A stretch of DNA of 64,000 bases from an uncultured Candidatus Saccharibacteria bacterium (GTDB lineage Bacteria; Patescibacteriota; UBA1384; XYA2-FULL-43-10; 1-14-0-10-43-13). This document shows, in pieces, positions 8,877-18,125 of the stretch. Positions within the stretch are counted from its first letter, which is position 1; each line of letters opens with the position of its first letter. The stretch covers positions 834 to 64,833 of the forward strand of contig CAYOQP010000005.1 in the NCBI GenBank assembly GCA_964406145.1, in the 5' to 3' direction. The position numbers were made by a program, and so were the translations under genes. The notes below the pieces were generated by a model. The model was not told where the DNA came from. It did no database searches and was given only the letters and a program-made list of their open reading frames with translations.

Positions 8877-9998
8877 TTAACCCTGTAAGTATTCTTCAAG
8901 ATCAGTTGAGCGCTCGGCTTTCTTAAGCTTAGAAAGTGCCTTTGCCTCAATCTGTCGAATTCTCTCTCTAGTAACACCAAATTCCTGACCAACTTCTTCG
9001 AGAGTATGTGTCCGCCCGTCTTCAAGACCAAAACGCATTTTTAGAATTTTCTGTTCGCGTGGCTGAAGACCATTCAAAAATTCTTGAATCTTATCTTTGA
9101 GCAATGTCTGAGAGGTAGACTCCTCCGGCGAGACATGCTTGGTGTCCTCGATAAAATCACCAAGACGAGAGTCTTCTTCTTCACCGACAGGAGCTTCAAG
9201 AGAAACAGTTTCCTGAGAGATCTTAATGATATGCTCGACTTTGTCGACTTCCATTGCCATTTCTTGAGCAATTTCTTCTGGGGTTGGTTCGCGACCGAGA
9301 TCCTGAACAAGTTGACGCTGAACACGAATCAGCTTGTTGATAGTCTCGATCATATGAACTGGGATTCTGATAGTTCTGGCTTGATCGGCGATTGCTCGGG
9401 TAATAGCCTGTCTGATCCACCAAGTTGCATAGGTTGAGAATTTAAAACCTTTGCGGTAATCAAATTTATCAACTGCGCGCATTAAGCCAGTGTTGCCCTC
9501 TTGGATAAGATCAAGTAGAGAAAGGCCTCGACCAATGTATTTCTTGGCAATCGAGACAACAAGACGAAGATTAGCCTCGGCCAATCTCTTTTTAGCCCAG
9601 ATGTCACCCTTTTCAACCTTCTTGGCAAGTTTGACTTCTTCCTCATTTGTTAGAAGCGCGATTTTGCCGATTTCTCGAAGATACATTCGAACAGAGTCAT
9701 CGGCGATATCGCCAAGTCCAAGCTCTTCAAGAAGCGACTTCTCTTTCTTGGCTTGAAAAACAGAGGCGATAATTCCCTTGGGCTTTTCGACTTCTTCTTT
9801 GAACTCAATGCCTTTGCGATACATATAGTCAAAAATCTGATCAAGCTCGGCAACATTCTCTTCTGGTTCCTCGATAGCCTGTATCATTTCTTGCATCGAA
9901 ATATACCCATGCGCTCGACCTTTCATCAAAAGATCGTTAACAATGGGTGAAAATTCTAGTACTTCTTCTTGCTTGGGTACAAAAACCTTTTTAGCCAT
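8877..9998 (-). CDS. rpoD: RNA polymerase sigma-70 factor RpoD
   Basis: Region 2-4 motifs [54 protein letters not shown] and [22 protein letters not shown]. Confidence 0.95.
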   Translation of the reverse strand: MAKKVFVPKQEEVLEFSPIVNDLLMKGRAHGYISMQEMIQAIEEPEENVAELDQIFDYMYRKGIEFKEEVEKPKGIIASVFQAKKEKSLLEELGLGDIADDSVRMYLREIGKIALLTNEEEVKLAKKVEKGDIWAKKRLAEANLRLVVSIAKKYIGRGLSLLDLIQEGNTGLMRAVDKFDYRKGFKFSTYATWWIRQAITRAIADQARTIRIPVHMIETINKLIRVQRQLVQDLGREPTPEEIAQEMAMEVDKVEHIIKISQETVSLEAPVGEEEDSRLGDFIEDTKHVSPEESTSQTLLKDKIQEFLNGLQPREQKILKMRFGLEDGRTHTLEEVGQEFGVTRERIRQIEAKALSKLKKAERSTDLEEYLQG

Positions 9999-10003
9999 CC
10001 AAA

Positions 10004-10060
10004 CTCCTTGGACAGTCCGCAGAGACGGGCGAATTTCCCGATGTCCGCAGAGAGCCTTAG
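10004..10060 (-). promoter_or_regulatory. rpoD 5' leader with a direct repeat of gtccgcagaga (twice) flanking hairpin cgggcgaatttcccg
   Basis: Seen directly between dnaG and rpoD. Confidence 0.3.
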
Positions 10061-10094
10061 TAATAAATATTAAATTGATTGTAACATTTTGAGA

Positions 10095-11816
10095 CTATTT
10101 TATCAAGCTCGAAAACTCTGACAGGAGTTTCTTAACCAGAGCCTTATCTCCCTTTGATTCTGCCTCGTGAATTTTTCTAGCATAAGTATCTTTAATGTCT
10201 TCTTTTTGATCCTGTTTGATACGGCCGATCAAATAAAGTAGCTCCGATGAAATGGTTTCTGTATTGTCAGAGTCGATATTTTCAAGAGCCGAGACAGCCA
10301 GCTGGTCAAGAATAAAAGCCAATTCTGGCTTAATTTTATCTCGCTCTATCTCCTTATCTTTGATCATTTTAGTAAAGACAGAAAATTTTTCATCAGAAAA
10401 AGAGAAATCGGCTGGAACATTTTTAACAAGTTCTGGATTAGCCCAGATCAGGCCAAGAATTCTCTCGGACACAGAAATTTTTTCGGGCGCGACCTCTTCT
10501 TCAGTCTTGTTATGAGAAAATTCACTGTCTGTCTTTGATTTTTCTAGGGCATCTATTAAAGAATTCTCAGAAATAGAAAGCTTTTCGGAAAGATATTTTA
10601 TATAATGCTCTTTTTCGATATCGGAGAGAATTATTTTAATTACTGGCAAAATTTCTTTGGCAATTATTTTTTTCTCAGAAACTCCAAGCTCTTTGCCATC
10701 TGTCAGTCCATCAATCCAATATTCCAACGACGGCTTAGCCCTTTTGACGGCTTGTTCCCAATTTTTGGGATCGGCCTTAATCGCTTCATCGGCGTCTTTG
10801 AATGGTGCGGTGGTGATAATTTTAGTCGAAATATCGTTTTGCAAAGCAACCCTAACAGCTCTCTTCATTGCCGTCTGGCCAGCGTTATCAGTATCAAAAC
10901 AAAGAGCAATCAGCGATGAATACCGAGACAGAGTTTTCAATTGATCCAATGTGAGCGCAGTTCCAGATGTCGCTACAACATTTCGAAATCCGGCCTGATG
11001 GCAAGCTATAACATCCATATTGCCTTCGACCATGATCGCGAGATTGGCTTCTTTGATCGCCGTCTTGGCCTTGTCCAAACCATAAATGGTTTTGCCCTTA
11101 GTATAGATTGGCGACTCTGCAGAATTGATATATTTGGCACTCTTGCCGTCATCTTCAAGTATTCGCGAAGTAAAAGCGACTGTTGCGCCCATCGGATTAT
11201 TAATCGGAAATATAATTCTGCCACGGAATCGATCATAGACCTTGCCTTGCTCGGCCCTGATCGCCACTCCAGCCTCAACAATCTCTGTTTCGTTATATTT
11301 TTTAGAAATTAAAAATCTGAGCAAAAAGTCCCAAGAAGCCGGAGCATAGCCAATTTCGAAAGTCTCGATTGTCTTGGCTGACATTCCCCTATTTTTCAAA
11401 TATTCCCTAGCCTTCTCAGCTTTGGGATGATCAACCAGAATCTTGTGATAGACCTTTTTGGCCCATTCGTTGATCTCGAATATCCTAGTTTTTTTGTCGG
11501 CTTTGTACTCCTTTTGACCAAAAGAGACCGAATTTGACTTAAGCTCCACTCCAGCCCTTTCAGCCAGAAGTTTCAGGGCGTTATAGAAGTCTAGTCCTTC
11601 CATTTTTTCGACGAAGGTAATGACATCGCCACCCTCACCACAACCGAAACATTTGAAAGTCTGACGTTCTGGCGAGATCATAAACGAAGGACTCTTTTCA
11701 TTATGAAAAGGACATGGAGCTTTATAATTAGTCCCGGCTTTTTTCAAAGTTAAATAGGTCGAAATAACTTCAACAATATCAATTCTGTCTTTTACTTCTT
11801 GTACCTGATCATTCAT
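10095..11816 (-). CDS. dnaG: DNA primase DnaG
   Basis: Zinc-binding CPFHNEKSPSF motif, TOPRIM region (MVEGNMDVIA), 573 aa. Overlaps alr by 4 nt. Confidence 0.95.
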   Translation of the reverse strand: MNDQVQEVKDRIDIVEVISTYLTLKKAGTNYKAPCPFHNEKSPSFMISPERQTFKCFGCGEGGDVITFVEKMEGLDFYNALKLLAERAGVELKSNSVSFGQKEYKADKKTRIFEINEWAKKVYHKILVDHPKAEKAREYLKNRGMSAKTIETFEIGYAPASWDFLLRFLISKKYNETEIVEAGVAIRAEQGKVYDRFRGRIIFPINNPMGATVAFTSRILEDDGKSAKYINSAESPIYTKGKTIYGLDKAKTAIKEANLAIMVEGNMDVIACHQAGFRNVVATSGTALTLDQLKTLSRYSSLIALCFDTDNAGQTAMKRAVRVALQNDISTKIITTAPFKDADEAIKADPKNWEQAVKRAKPSLEYWIDGLTDGKELGVSEKKIIAKEILPVIKIILSDIEKEHYIKYLSEKLSISENSLIDALEKSKTDSEFSHNKTEEEVAPEKISVSERILGLIWANPELVKNVPADFSFSDEKFSVFTKMIKDKEIERDKIKPELAFILDQLAVSALENIDSDNTETISSELLYLIGRIKQDQKEDIKDTYARKIHEAESKGDKALVKKLLSEFSSLIK

Positions 11817-12955
11817 TTATAGATTCGTTTCATCAAAGGATTTAGTTGTGTGATGATTTCATAATTATACGAATTAGACAGAAGAGCAAGCTCTTCCGCA
11901 GAAACAGTCTCGTTCCTTGAAGAACCTAGCAAGAAAACTTCATCACCAATCCGAACATTTTTAATATCAGTGACATCAATCGTAATCATATCCATTGAGA
12001 CTCGGCCCAAAACTCGACATCTCTGGCCATTTATCAAAACGTTGCCGACACTCGAGAGTGCCCATTTGTAACCGTGCCAATAACCGACTGGCAAGATCGC
12101 TACTTTAGTATCTCGGCGCAAAAGCTCAGTTAAGCCATAGCCGATCCGCTCACCCTTTTTAATGTTTTTTATCTCTGAAATAATCGTTTTCCATGATAAA
12201 ATCGGTTTCAAATTAATCGAATCTTCATAAGCTGATCTAGTTTCGGCCGATGGCCAGATACCCATCAATCCGATACCGACCCTGACCATGTCGAAATGTG
12301 ATTCTGGGAAAACGATTGTGCCACCAGTTGCGGCCGCATGTTTCAGGGGTGAAAAACCAGAATTTTTAAAAGTCTCAAAGATATCATTGAAAATTTTGAT
12401 TTGGTCTTCAGTGTCTTTTCTAAAAGCTGGATTTTTTGCAGAAGCAAAATGTGTATAGATACCCTGGAGATAGCAATCTTTGGATTTTTTTAATATCGAT
12501 ATGACCTGTCCTATTTCATCTCCCATAAAACCTTGGCGATGCATGCCGGAGTCTATTTTAATGTGAATATTTAACTTGCAATCAAGATTAAGATCCCTAA
12601 TACTTTTTAGCGATTCAAGATTCGAAATAGAAACACTGATATTTCTAAGCGCTGCTTCTCTATAATATTCTGGCAATGTATAGCCCAAGACCAATATCGG
12701 CTTGGAAATACCCTGATCCCGAAGCTTCTTTGCCTCGACTATAGAATCAACACCAAACCAGTCAACGCCAATTTTATCTAGAGTAAGAGAATAATCGATC
12801 AGTCCATGGCCATAAGCATTCGACTTTGTAATCGCCATGAGCATGCAATCTTTTTTGATTATTCGACGAAATTGTTCGACATTATTTTTGAGCAGTGACT
12901 TATCAATCTCCAACCAAGTCCTAATACCCTGATGATTGTTCTGATCATTCGACAT
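11813..12955 (-). CDS. alr: Alanine racemase
   Basis: PLP-lysine motif AITKSNAYGHG; 380 aa. Confidence 0.9.
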   Translation of the reverse strand: MSNDQNNHQGIRTWLEIDKSLLKNNVEQFRRIIKKDCMLMAITKSNAYGHGLIDYSLTLDKIGVDWFGVDSIVEAKKLRDQGISKPILVLGYTLPEYYREAALRNISVSISNLESLKSIRDLNLDCKLNIHIKIDSGMHRQGFMGDEIGQVISILKKSKDCYLQGIYTHFASAKNPAFRKDTEDQIKIFNDIFETFKNSGFSPLKHAAATGGTIVFPESHFDMVRVGIGLMGIWPSAETRSAYEDSINLKPILSWKTIISEIKNIKKGERIGYGLTELLRRDTKVAILPVGYWHGYKWALSSVGNVLINGQRCRVLGRVSMDMITIDVTDIKNVRIGDEVFLLGSSRNETVSAEELALLSNSYNYEIITQLNPLMKRIYK

Positions 12956-12957
12956 AA

Positions 12958-15318
12958 TTAATATCCTTTGTTTTCAATTAATTTCTCAAGTAGCTCGCGA
13001 GGATAAATTGGCGTCTTTTCGGCTAATGCTTGATGATAGAGCACAGTCGAAGGAGTCAATCCGGGCAAAGTATTAACCTCGATAATTATCAGATCTCCAG
13101 TCTTCGTATTGGCAAAAGTATCAATCCTCGAATATCCCTTGATGCCGATCTTCTTGGCAAATATTTCGATCAATTCCTTAATCCTTATTAGATTTTTGTT
13201 CTCGATTATCTCCTCTGGTGGCGGAGTAATATTGATACCAGTTCCGCCCTGAAACTTTTCCTCAACAGACAGGACTTCGCCTTCGGCAACCGTCAAACTT
13301 GGATTAAATGCTATTAATTTCCCCTTTTCTTCAACAACGCCAACGGTAATCTCGATCATGCTATTATTAACCTTATGGATAAGGTCGTTACCCTTGACTA
13401 TGACCTGATCGGTAACAATGAATTCTTCAAGAAGAAAGTGGCTTTTACCGTTTTGTGGTAGATCGACAATCTCCGGCTGATTTTTGAATGTGTTTCTAGG
13501 GATAAATGGTGATCCCTGAGTAACTAAATCCAGATATTTTTCCAAATCGTTAGCGCCGTATAGTCGGACGACTCCAGAAGAACAACCGTCATCCATTGGC
13601 TTGATAATAATTGAGTCTGATCCGAATTCGGACCTAACCTCTTTCCAAATATTTTTGATGGCATTTTTCTGTTTCAGGGTTTCGGTAGAAATTATTCTCT
13701 TCTTCGCTGTCGCAAGCCCTGGAATATTAACCTTCTCGACAACTTCCCCAGTTGCAAACTTATTCATGCAAAGTGCCGAAACCTTCGAATCAGGACCGTT
13801 AAACTTAACCTTATTTCTTTCCAACAAGGCTTGGAGCTTTCCGTCTTCACCAAAACCTCCGTGAAGACCGATGAAGATAAATTTCGAACGATTAATAAGT
13901 TCAGCGAGAGTCATCTTTCTGGGCAAGAAAAAATCTTCAACAGGAATCGAATCGTCGATAGACAAACGGACCTGAGCTTTTTTCTCATAAGAACGCAGTC
14001 TCTCTTCATCAGCAGGGGCCTTGAGACAATTTTCAACTATTTCCTCCACTGTATGATTAAGAGTAAGTGCATAGGGAAGCTCCCAGACATTGCCATCAAA
14101 ATCAAGAAGGTAGGGCTTCGGAGAATATTTCTTTGATTTGCGTAGTTTGAGCCAGATATTAGTACCACTCATTAGCGAAACTTGACGCTCAGAAGTACTA
14201 CCGCCAAATAATACTGAAACTTCTTTGCGATTTTTCTCATTTAATATTGCAGGAATCGCAAAATCAATATTGTTACGCTTGCAGGCATGAGCCAAAATAT
14301 ATAGAAGTATCGAACGATGAGATAAGCCAACTCTAGCGCCTTGTTGAAATAGAAAGCTATTTTGTTCCATACCACTGATCGGATTGAAGTCTGAAAACCA
14401 AATCTTTCCATCCGGCAGAACCCAACCATCGAAACGAGCGAAGTCCCTCATGCCGAGAGCCGAGAAAAGCTGTTCGGCTTGAACTTGAATCTCTTCGATT
14501 TTCTGATTACTGAAGCGAGGCGGACAATGATATGTCACCTGACGAGTCGGCAAATATTTTTTACGAAAGTCAAAGATCTGATGCTCGGTATAATCAGCCT
14601 CAATTTCGGTCGGTATTATTGCGACAGGTAGATCATATTTGTTTTGCAAAATTATAACGGTGAATTCACTTCCGGTCGCAAATTGTTCGATCACAACCCT
14701 GGTATCCATTCTTTTTGAGAAAAGAAATTCTGATCTTTCCAGAGCTTCTTGCGGAGTAGAAACCGAAAAAACACCAATGCTTGAACCGCCTGTTGCCGGC
14801 TTGACCACCGCCCGCTTGATATTATGCAGTTTGAAAAAATCATGAATAATATTCCCGTGGTCCTTCTTGTTTATTTTTAAAACAACTGAAGGCAAAGTGA
14901 AAAAACCCATTTTCTTGATCGACTCATTGGCGTTGAACTTATCAAAACTCTTTTTGCATGATTCCGATCCGGTACCAACAAAAGGAATTTTATTTTTTTC
15001 AAGAAATCCCTGAATGCCACCGTCTTCGCCATATGGACCATGCATTGCCGGGAAAGCAATGTCACATTTTTTTAGTTCGCTGACTAGCTCTTTTTCCGAA
15101 AGTGCACTTCCGGATTCCTGAAGTTTGAAATCAAAATCCGAAGGAGTATTCGAGTAAAGTTGAGACTTGGAAATCTTATAGGGATTTTTCTTGTGGTCAA
15201 AGTAGAATGGGACAATCTCGATCTCGGGCGATTCCAGATGATCCATCACTGATCTAGCCGAATTTAACGATATTCCTCTTTCTAACGATGGTCCGCCGCA
15301 CAACAATGCAATTTTCAT
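12958..15318 (-). CDS. ddl: D-alanine--D-alanine ligase, tandem-duplicated (two fused Ddl/ATP-grasp modules)
   Basis: Ddl N-terminal signature occurs twice (KIALLCGGPSLERGISLNSA and EVSVLFGGSTSERQVSLMSG). HGxxGEDG occurs twice (HGPYGEDGGIQG and HGGFGEDGKLQA). 786 aa, about twice normal Ddl. Confidence 0.85.
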   Translation of the reverse strand: MKIALLCGGPSLERGISLNSARSVMDHLESPEIEIVPFYFDHKKNPYKISKSQLYSNTPSDFDFKLQESGSALSEKELVSELKKCDIAFPAMHGPYGEDGGIQGFLEKNKIPFVGTGSESCKKSFDKFNANESIKKMGFFTLPSVVLKINKKDHGNIIHDFFKLHNIKRAVVKPATGGSSIGVFSVSTPQEALERSEFLFSKRMDTRVVIEQFATGSEFTVIILQNKYDLPVAIIPTEIEADYTEHQIFDFRKKYLPTRQVTYHCPPRFSNQKIEEIQVQAEQLFSALGMRDFARFDGWVLPDGKIWFSDFNPISGMEQNSFLFQQGARVGLSHRSILLYILAHACKRNNIDFAIPAILNEKNRKEVSVLFGGSTSERQVSLMSGTNIWLKLRKSKKYSPKPYLLDFDGNVWELPYALTLNHTVEEIVENCLKAPADEERLRSYEKKAQVRLSIDDSIPVEDFFLPRKMTLAELINRSKFIFIGLHGGFGEDGKLQALLERNKVKFNGPDSKVSALCMNKFATGEVVEKVNIPGLATAKKRIISTETLKQKNAIKNIWKEVRSEFGSDSIIIKPMDDGCSSGVVRLYGANDLEKYLDLVTQGSPFIPRNTFKNQPEIVDLPQNGKSHFLLEEFIVTDQVIVKGNDLIHKVNNSMIEITVGVVEEKGKLIAFNPSLTVAEGEVLSVEEKFQGGTGINITPPPEEIIENKNLIRIKELIEIFAKKIGIKGYSRIDTFANTKTGDLIIIEVNTLPGLTPSTVLYHQALAEKTPIYPRELLEKLIENKGY

Positions 15319-15419
15319 GGTTTTTGCGAAAATTAATTAAAAAACAAGTAAATATTAGCATTTTTTGCAAAAATAAACCACATTATTGCCTTATTGTGAC
15401 AATAAATATATTTTTAACA

Positions 15420-16571
15420 CTATTCTTCTAAACAGTCATCCAATATTTTTCTAATCTGAGAAGCAGTCAATGGGATTTCACCGATTCCTCTCTCAACCAG
15501 TCTCTCAACCATAACCGAAAAATATTCATCTGATATGTCCCATTCTTTCAAGCTCATCTTAACGCCAAGAGAGGCAAAAAATTTGTAAGTAGCATTAATC
15601 GCCTTTTTAATAATTTGGTCATCACTTCCATCTAGATTCCAAATTCTTTTTCCATATTGAACCATCTTTTTTGCTTTTTGATCTTTGACAACTTCCATCC
15701 ATCGCGGCGTGATGATCGCTAGCCCAGCGGCATGCGGAATATCATAAAAAGCACTAAGCTGATGCTCAATACCATGAGTCGCCCAATCTTCATCGACTCC
15801 CGATCTCAATAGATCATTCAATGCCATGCAAGCACAAAAGGAAATGTTTGCTCGAGCGTCATAATCAGTCGGATTTTTTAAAACTTTGTCAGCGTTTTCT
15901 ATCAGAGTCAGCATGATCCCCTCGCCGAATCTATCATGAAGCGGCACATTCTCCGTTGTGGTCATATATTGCTCAAGAACATGAGAGTAAGCGTCGATAA
16001 TGCCATAAGCTGTTTGATCTTTTGGCAGAGAAAAGGTGTTTTGTGGGTCAATGACTGAAAATGCTGGATAATTTTGCTCTCGACCAAAGAACTTCTTTTC
16101 ATGTTTTGTCCAATTGGTAATCACCGCACCCTTATTCATCTCGCTACCAGTCGCCGAAAGAGTCAGGACAACACCAAATGGGACATATTTTGCAGGCTCA
16201 ATCCCTGGCTTTGTCATAAAATCCCACGGGTCACCATCATAATGCATCGCGGCGGCTAGAAGCTTTGTGCCATCAATCACGCTACCACCGCCAACGGCCA
16301 AGAGAAAATCAGGATTAAAATCCTTAAATTTTTTAACGGCCTCCCTAATAGTCTCCACTCTAGGATTTGGCTCAATGCCGCCAAATTCTTCTACATCAAA
16401 ATCTTTTAACTGAGATATTACTTTTTGATAGACGCCATTTTTCTTGATACTGCCGCCGCCATAGGTAATGACCACTTTTTTGCCATATATCTTAACATTG
16501 GCGCCAATTTTATCCATAGCATCTGTGCCAAAAATGATTTTAGTTGGATTGTGTAATTCAAAATTATTCAT
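15420..16571 (-). CDS. Iron-containing (group III) alcohol dehydrogenase family protein
   Basis: GGGSVIDGTKLLAAA motif and conserved His cluster; 383 aa. Confidence 0.85.
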   Translation of the reverse strand: MNNFELHNPTKIIFGTDAMDKIGANVKIYGKKVVITYGGGSIKKNGVYQKVISQLKDFDVEEFGGIEPNPRVETIREAVKKFKDFNPDFLLAVGGGSVIDGTKLLAAAMHYDGDPWDFMTKPGIEPAKYVPFGVVLTLSATGSEMNKGAVITNWTKHEKKFFGREQNYPAFSVIDPQNTFSLPKDQTAYGIIDAYSHVLEQYMTTTENVPLHDRFGEGIMLTLIENADKVLKNPTDYDARANISFCACMALNDLLRSGVDEDWATHGIEHQLSAFYDIPHAAGLAIITPRWMEVVKDQKAKKMVQYGKRIWNLDGSDDQIIKKAINATYKFFASLGVKMSLKEWDISDEYFSVMVERLVERGIGEIPLTASQIRKILDDCLEE

Positions 16572-16594
16572 AGAAATATATCCTTCGCGCTAAT

Positions 16595-17410
16595 TTATTT
16601 TGGCAAGAGCGATTTCATCTGCTTGGCAATCAAATTTGTCGCAAAAGCAGGATTGAGACGATAAAATATGTTCATAAGCTTAGAATCTTTCCCGGTATAA
16701 ATGTAGAGTCTGTTTTTCTCGATCCCGTTTATTATGATCATTGCCGCTTCTTTGGCTGACAGCATAGTAATGTTTTGCTTTTTCGAGCCATCATCATCTG
16801 GCTGAGTAGATATTTTAGCGCCTGAATTTTCAGCAATGTTTGTCTTGGTCGCACCAGGAAAAACGATGGAAACCCGAACATTGGTATCTAAAAGCTCGGC
16901 ATACAAACCTTCGGTCAGAAGCTTGACGGCCGCTTTTGATGCTCCGTAGACACTCTGGCCAGGAACCGGCAAGAATCCGCCCATGCTTGAAACATTAACA
17001 ATGTGAGCTTCTGGTCTCTTAAGAAGTAAGGGCAAAAAAGACTTGACCATATACAATGTGCCATAAAAATTGACATTCATAACCTTGGCAACTGCCTCAT
17101 AATTAAGATCATTCACTCTGACAAAAGGCTGTATTATACCAGCATTATTGATAATGCCGTCAATATTGCCTTGCTTGGCAATAATATCTTGAGGCAAATT
17201 TTCGACTGCTCTCTTGTCGGTGATATCTAGAATATGAGTGGTTAGACTATTGGCCTTATCGCCAACTTGCTTGGACAGTTCGTCCAGACCTTCCTGGCGC
17301 ATATCAACGGCAGCTACTTTGGCCCCTCTCTCCAATAAACCAAGAGTCAGTTCCTTGCCAATACCACTTCCAGCCCCAGTAACCAAAAAAATCTTATCTT
17401 TTACGCGCAT
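16595..17410 (-). CDS. Short-chain dehydrogenase/reductase (SDR)
   Basis: TGAGSGIGKEL Rossmann motif, NNAG, and YGASKAAV catalytic YxxxK. Confidence 0.9.
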   Translation of the reverse strand: MRVKDKIFLVTGAGSGIGKELTLGLLERGAKVAAVDMRQEGLDELSKQVGDKANSLTTHILDITDKRAVENLPQDIIAKQGNIDGIINNAGIIQPFVRVNDLNYEAVAKVMNVNFYGTLYMVKSFLPLLLKRPEAHIVNVSSMGGFLPVPGQSVYGASKAAVKLLTEGLYAELLDTNVRVSIVFPGATKTNIAENSGAKISTQPDDDGSKKQNITMLSAKEAAMIIINGIEKNRLYIYTGKDSKLMNIFYRLNPAFATNLIAKQMKSLLPK

Positions 17411-17518
17411 ATATCCTCCATAAAATTAATACCCAACTATTATATCAAAACTTCATTGATCAAATGTTTATGAAATAAAAAACTCGCCAAAGCGAGTATT
17501 CATTAAAAATTATTGGAA

Positions 17519-17541
17519 TGGCGGAGAGACAGGGATCTCGA
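17519..17541 (-). repeat. Partial duplicate of tRNA-Ser 3' end (about 18-22 nt, att-like)
   Basis: tggcggagagacagggat is identical at 17519-17536 and 17676-17693. Similarity extends through (c)tcga with one indel. Confidence 0.7.
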
Positions 17542-17552
17542 GCGCCCTTTGG

Positions 17553-17578
17553 GCTTCTAAAAACCGACGGTTTTTAGT
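17553..17578. terminator. Bidirectional hairpin aaaaaccg-a-cggttttt flanked by T/A runs
   Basis: Perfect 8-bp inverted repeat with T5 on the + strand and T5 on the - strand. Confidence 0.5.
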
Positions 17579-17675
17579 GTTTTCCTTTACGGGAAACTCC
17601 CGTTTCCCGACCCCTTCCCGTTCGAATCTCCTACTTCTAGTCATTTCAAATCACCCAAAATTGGGCAATTTGAAA

Positions 17676-17765
17676 TGGCGGAGAGACAGGGATTCGAACC
17701 CTGGGTGGACTTGCGCCCACACACGCTTTCCAAGCGTGCGCACTAGGCCACTATGCGATCTCTCC
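17676..17765 (-). tRNA. tRNA-Ser (anticodon GGA), type II with long variable arm, CCA encoded
   Basis: Reverse complement GGAGAGATCGCATAGTGGCCTAGTGCGCACGCTTGGAAAGCGTGTGTGGGCGCAAGTCCACCCAGGGTTCGAATCCCTGTCTCTCCGCCA. Anticodon loop TTGGAAA, T arm CAGGG-TTCGAAT-CCCTG. Confidence 0.8.
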
Positions 17766-18008
17766 GTATTTTTTTGCTATATCTAATTTTTCCTTATAAC
17801 CCTTAGCGTGCTTTAGATACCACTCTCTCTTGCATGCTTCTTTCCTAGAATCAAACTCCTCAGTATGAATCATTTTCCAAGGCTTGAATGGTCGAGTTGA
17901 TCTTGTAGAACCAGAATTGTGCTCTACTAATCTTCTTATCGGATCGGTAGTGATGCCGATATAATGTCTCTTATCGGCATTTTCAAGCATGTATACGAAA
18001 TATTTCAT
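17751..18008 (-). CDS. GIY-YIG nuclease superfamily protein (YhbQ/YazA-like, UPF0213)
   Basis: FVYMLENADKRHYIGITTDPIRRLVEHNSG followed by REWYLKH. 85 aa. The 3' end overlaps tRNA-Ser nt 1-12. Confidence 0.8.
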   Translation of the reverse strand: MKYFVYMLENADKRHYIGITTDPIRRLVEHNSGSTRSTRPFKPWKMIHTEEFDSRKEACKREWYLKHAKGYKEKLDIAKKYGEIA

Positions 18009-18021
18009 ACCCCTATTTTAT

Positions 18022-18070
18022 CAGGCCACTACCCCGAAGGGGAGCCTTCGGCTTGCGATCTCTCCGTATG
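18022..18070 (-). repeat. Partial duplicate of tRNA-Ser 5' end (nt 1-21) carrying a 22-nt twin-tetraloop hairpin insert
   Basis: Minus-strand reading is GGAGAGATCGCA-[AGCCGAAGGCT][CCCCTTCGGGG]-TAGTGGCCT. Apart from the insert this equals the tRNA-Ser 5' acceptor and D arm. Confidence 0.7.
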
Positions 18071-18125
18071 GCAAATTGAATTCTATCAGTTTTGAGCGTA
18101 TTATTCAATAAATTGGAGAGCAAAG

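Noticed and set aside
9074-9950. Several 60-120-aa ORFs on both strands inside rpoD (for example 9084-9437 plus strand, 9223-9423 minus strand)
   Set aside because: They lie entirely within the well-supported rpoD coding region in other frames or the antisense strand, with low-complexity translations. Spurious.
12958-15318. Possibility that the 786-aa ddl is a MurF-Ddl or Ddl-MurB fusion rather than Ddl-Ddl
   Set aside because: Both halves independently show the Ddl N-terminal GG-S-E-SL and HGxxGEDG ATP-grasp signatures. No Mur ligase P-loop was seen.
17519-17640. Possibility that the duplicated tRNA-Ser 3' end marks a second complete tRNA gene
   Set aside because: Upstream of the 22-nt identical segment there is no T-loop (GTTCRANYC paired stem), anticodon arm or D arm. 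Only the 3' fragment is duplicated. Annotated as an att-like partial repeat.
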